A stretch of 64,000 nt of DNA, taken from positions 1-64,000 of the forward strand of contig CAMAVZ010000002.1 in assembly GCA_945861645.1 (NCBI GenBank), read 5' to 3'. The notes beneath the pieces were generated by a model. It was not told the DNA's origin and did no database searches. It saw only the letters and a program-made list of their open reading frames with translations. The stretch comes from Opitutus sp. GAS368 (GTDB lineage Bacteria; Verrucomicrobiota; Verrucomicrobiia; Opitutales; Opitutaceae). Within the stretch, counting starts at the first letter, position 1. Each line of letters starts with the position of its first letter. Shown here in pieces: positions 62,794 through 64,000 of this stretch. The translations under genes and the position numbers were made by a program.

Positions 62794-64000
62794 ATGATCA
62801 CACGCTTATGGCTCGTACTCGCGCTGGGCGCGGCAGCGGGAGCAGGCTATTTCTTCGCCGGCTTACCCGTCGCTGCACCGGGCGCTCTGTCCAGCGTCGC
62901 CGCGCGCACCTATCAGTGCCCCATGCACCCGTGGATTAAATTGGATCGACCCGGTAAATGCACAATCTGTGGGATGGATTTGGTTACGACCAATCAGCCG
63001 GGAGGCAACGACTCGACGGCGGCGGACCCTGATCTTGTCACCTTGACGCCAACGAGCGCCGCCATCACGGGCGTCCAAACAGCGATCGTCAAACGCGGTC
63101 CATTAATTCGCACCACCCGGGTGGCTGGCGTGATTGCTGATGACGAAACTCGTCACCGCATTCTGGCCGCACGCGTCCCCGGCCGCGTCGAAAAATTATT
63201 CGTGAATTATGTCGGCGCCGAGGTAACCGCCGGCGCGCCTCTCGTAACCATTTACAGTCCAGAATTGCTCACCGCCCAACGCGTTTACCTCGAGCGGCTA
63301 AAAGCGGGAACTTCGGCCTACACCCAGTCGGAACGTTCCGCCGCCCGCGAACGGTTGCTAGAACTTGGTCTGACCAACGAGGAAATCACGATCTTGGAGC
63401 ACACCCAAGAGCCGACCGCGATTCTCACGGTGCGCGCGCCGATGACTGGCACCGTGGTGACGCGGGCGGCCTACGAAGGGCAATATGTGCAAACCAACGA
63501 CCCGCTCTTTGAGATCGGTGATTTTGCCACGATGTGGTTTGTGTTTGATGCGCACGAAAGCGATTTACCGTGGCTTCAGCTCGGGCAACAGGTGGAAGTA
63601 TCCACCGCCAGTCGGCCTGGGCAGATTTTAACCGCCCCGATCGCCTTCATTAATCCCAACCTCAACGCCGCCACGCGGACTGTCAGTGTGCGGGTCGTCC
63701 TCACGAATACCGATCGCACCTTACTCCACGAACAAACGGCCTTAGGTCGTGTGCGCATCGAACAACCTGACACGCTCATCGTCGAACGCCGAGCCGTGCT
63801 CCAACACAGCGGGGCGCCGATCGTTTATCTAGAACAAGCCAACCATCGTTATATTGCGCGGGCGATTCAGCTCGGACGAATTGGGGACGAATTCGCCGAG
63901 GTACTCGCGGGCCTAGCCGAGGGCGATCGCGTCGTCACCGAAGCGGCGCTGCTACTGGATAGCCAAGCTCAACTCGCTCATGCCGCGACGAGCGCTCCCG
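62794..64000 (+). CDS. CusB-like RND efflux periplasmic adaptor with heavy-metal-binding motif (runs off window)
   Basis: Not in ORF track; manual translation MITRLWLVLALG...YQCPMHPWIKLDRPGKCTICGMDL...PGRVEKLFV...IYSPELLTAQ; the window ends near LLDSQAQL. Confidence 0.9.
   Translation, partial: MITRLWLVLALGAAAGAGYFFAGLPVAAPGALSSVAARTYQCPMHPWIKLDRPGKCTICGMDLVTTNQPGGNDSTAADPDLVTLTPTSAAITGVQTAIVKRGPLIRTTRVAGVIADDETRHRILAARVPGRVEKLFVNYVGAEVTAGAPLVTIYSPELLTAQRVYLERLKAGTSAYTQSERSAARERLLELGLTNEEITILEHTQEPTAILTVRAPMTGTVVTRAAYEGQYVQTNDPLFEIGDFATMWFVFDAHESDLPWLQLGQQVEVSTASRPGQILTAPIAFINPNLNAATRTVSVRVVLTNTDRTLLHEQTALGRVRIEQPDTLIVERRAVLQHSGAPIVYLEQANHRYIARAIQLGRIGDEFAEVLAGLAEGDRVVTEAALLLDSQAQLAHAATSAP

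Overview
Bacterial chromosomal segment, most likely Verrucomicrobiota (Opitutaceae-like); this is inferred from PVC-type gene order and protein features, not from a database search. Positions 1-31.9 kb hold one continuous minus-strand translation/transcription supercluster: tRNA-Thr, tuf, tRNA-Trp, secE, nusG, rplKAJL, rpoBC, rpsL-rpsG-fusA running directly into the S10, spc and alpha clusters, ending in a truncated rplQ. rpmD, infA, rpmJ and rpmG are absent from their usual slots, and the adk slot holds a catalytically degenerate Adk-fold ORF. Positions 32-64 kb are mixed housekeeping and accessory genes: a TPR-ExbB-ExbD-membrane protein operon, lemA plus an M48 protease, sufE/tcdA, pnuC plus a NadR-type kinase, Hsp33, msrA, Hsp15, ettA, a beta-CASP nuclease, arsR-gapdh-arsJ, a dimeric dUTPase, a disordered RG-rich protein, murA, ruvB, a PTPS-folE2-SDR pterin cluster, an MBL hydrolase, an OPA-family MFS divergent from pyk, and a CnrYXH-like ECF sigma module divergent from a Cys-rich exported protein and a CusB-like adaptor cut by the window end. 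No rRNA, CRISPR array or mobile element was seen. Best leads: a probable tetrahydrobiopterin pathway using FolE2; a stand-alone protein resembling the RNase E scaffold; an ExbD lacking the essential Asp; a pseudo-adenylate kinase next to a SecY with an extra C-terminal helix; and twin back-to-back ECF promoters. All family assignments come from reading motifs by eye.
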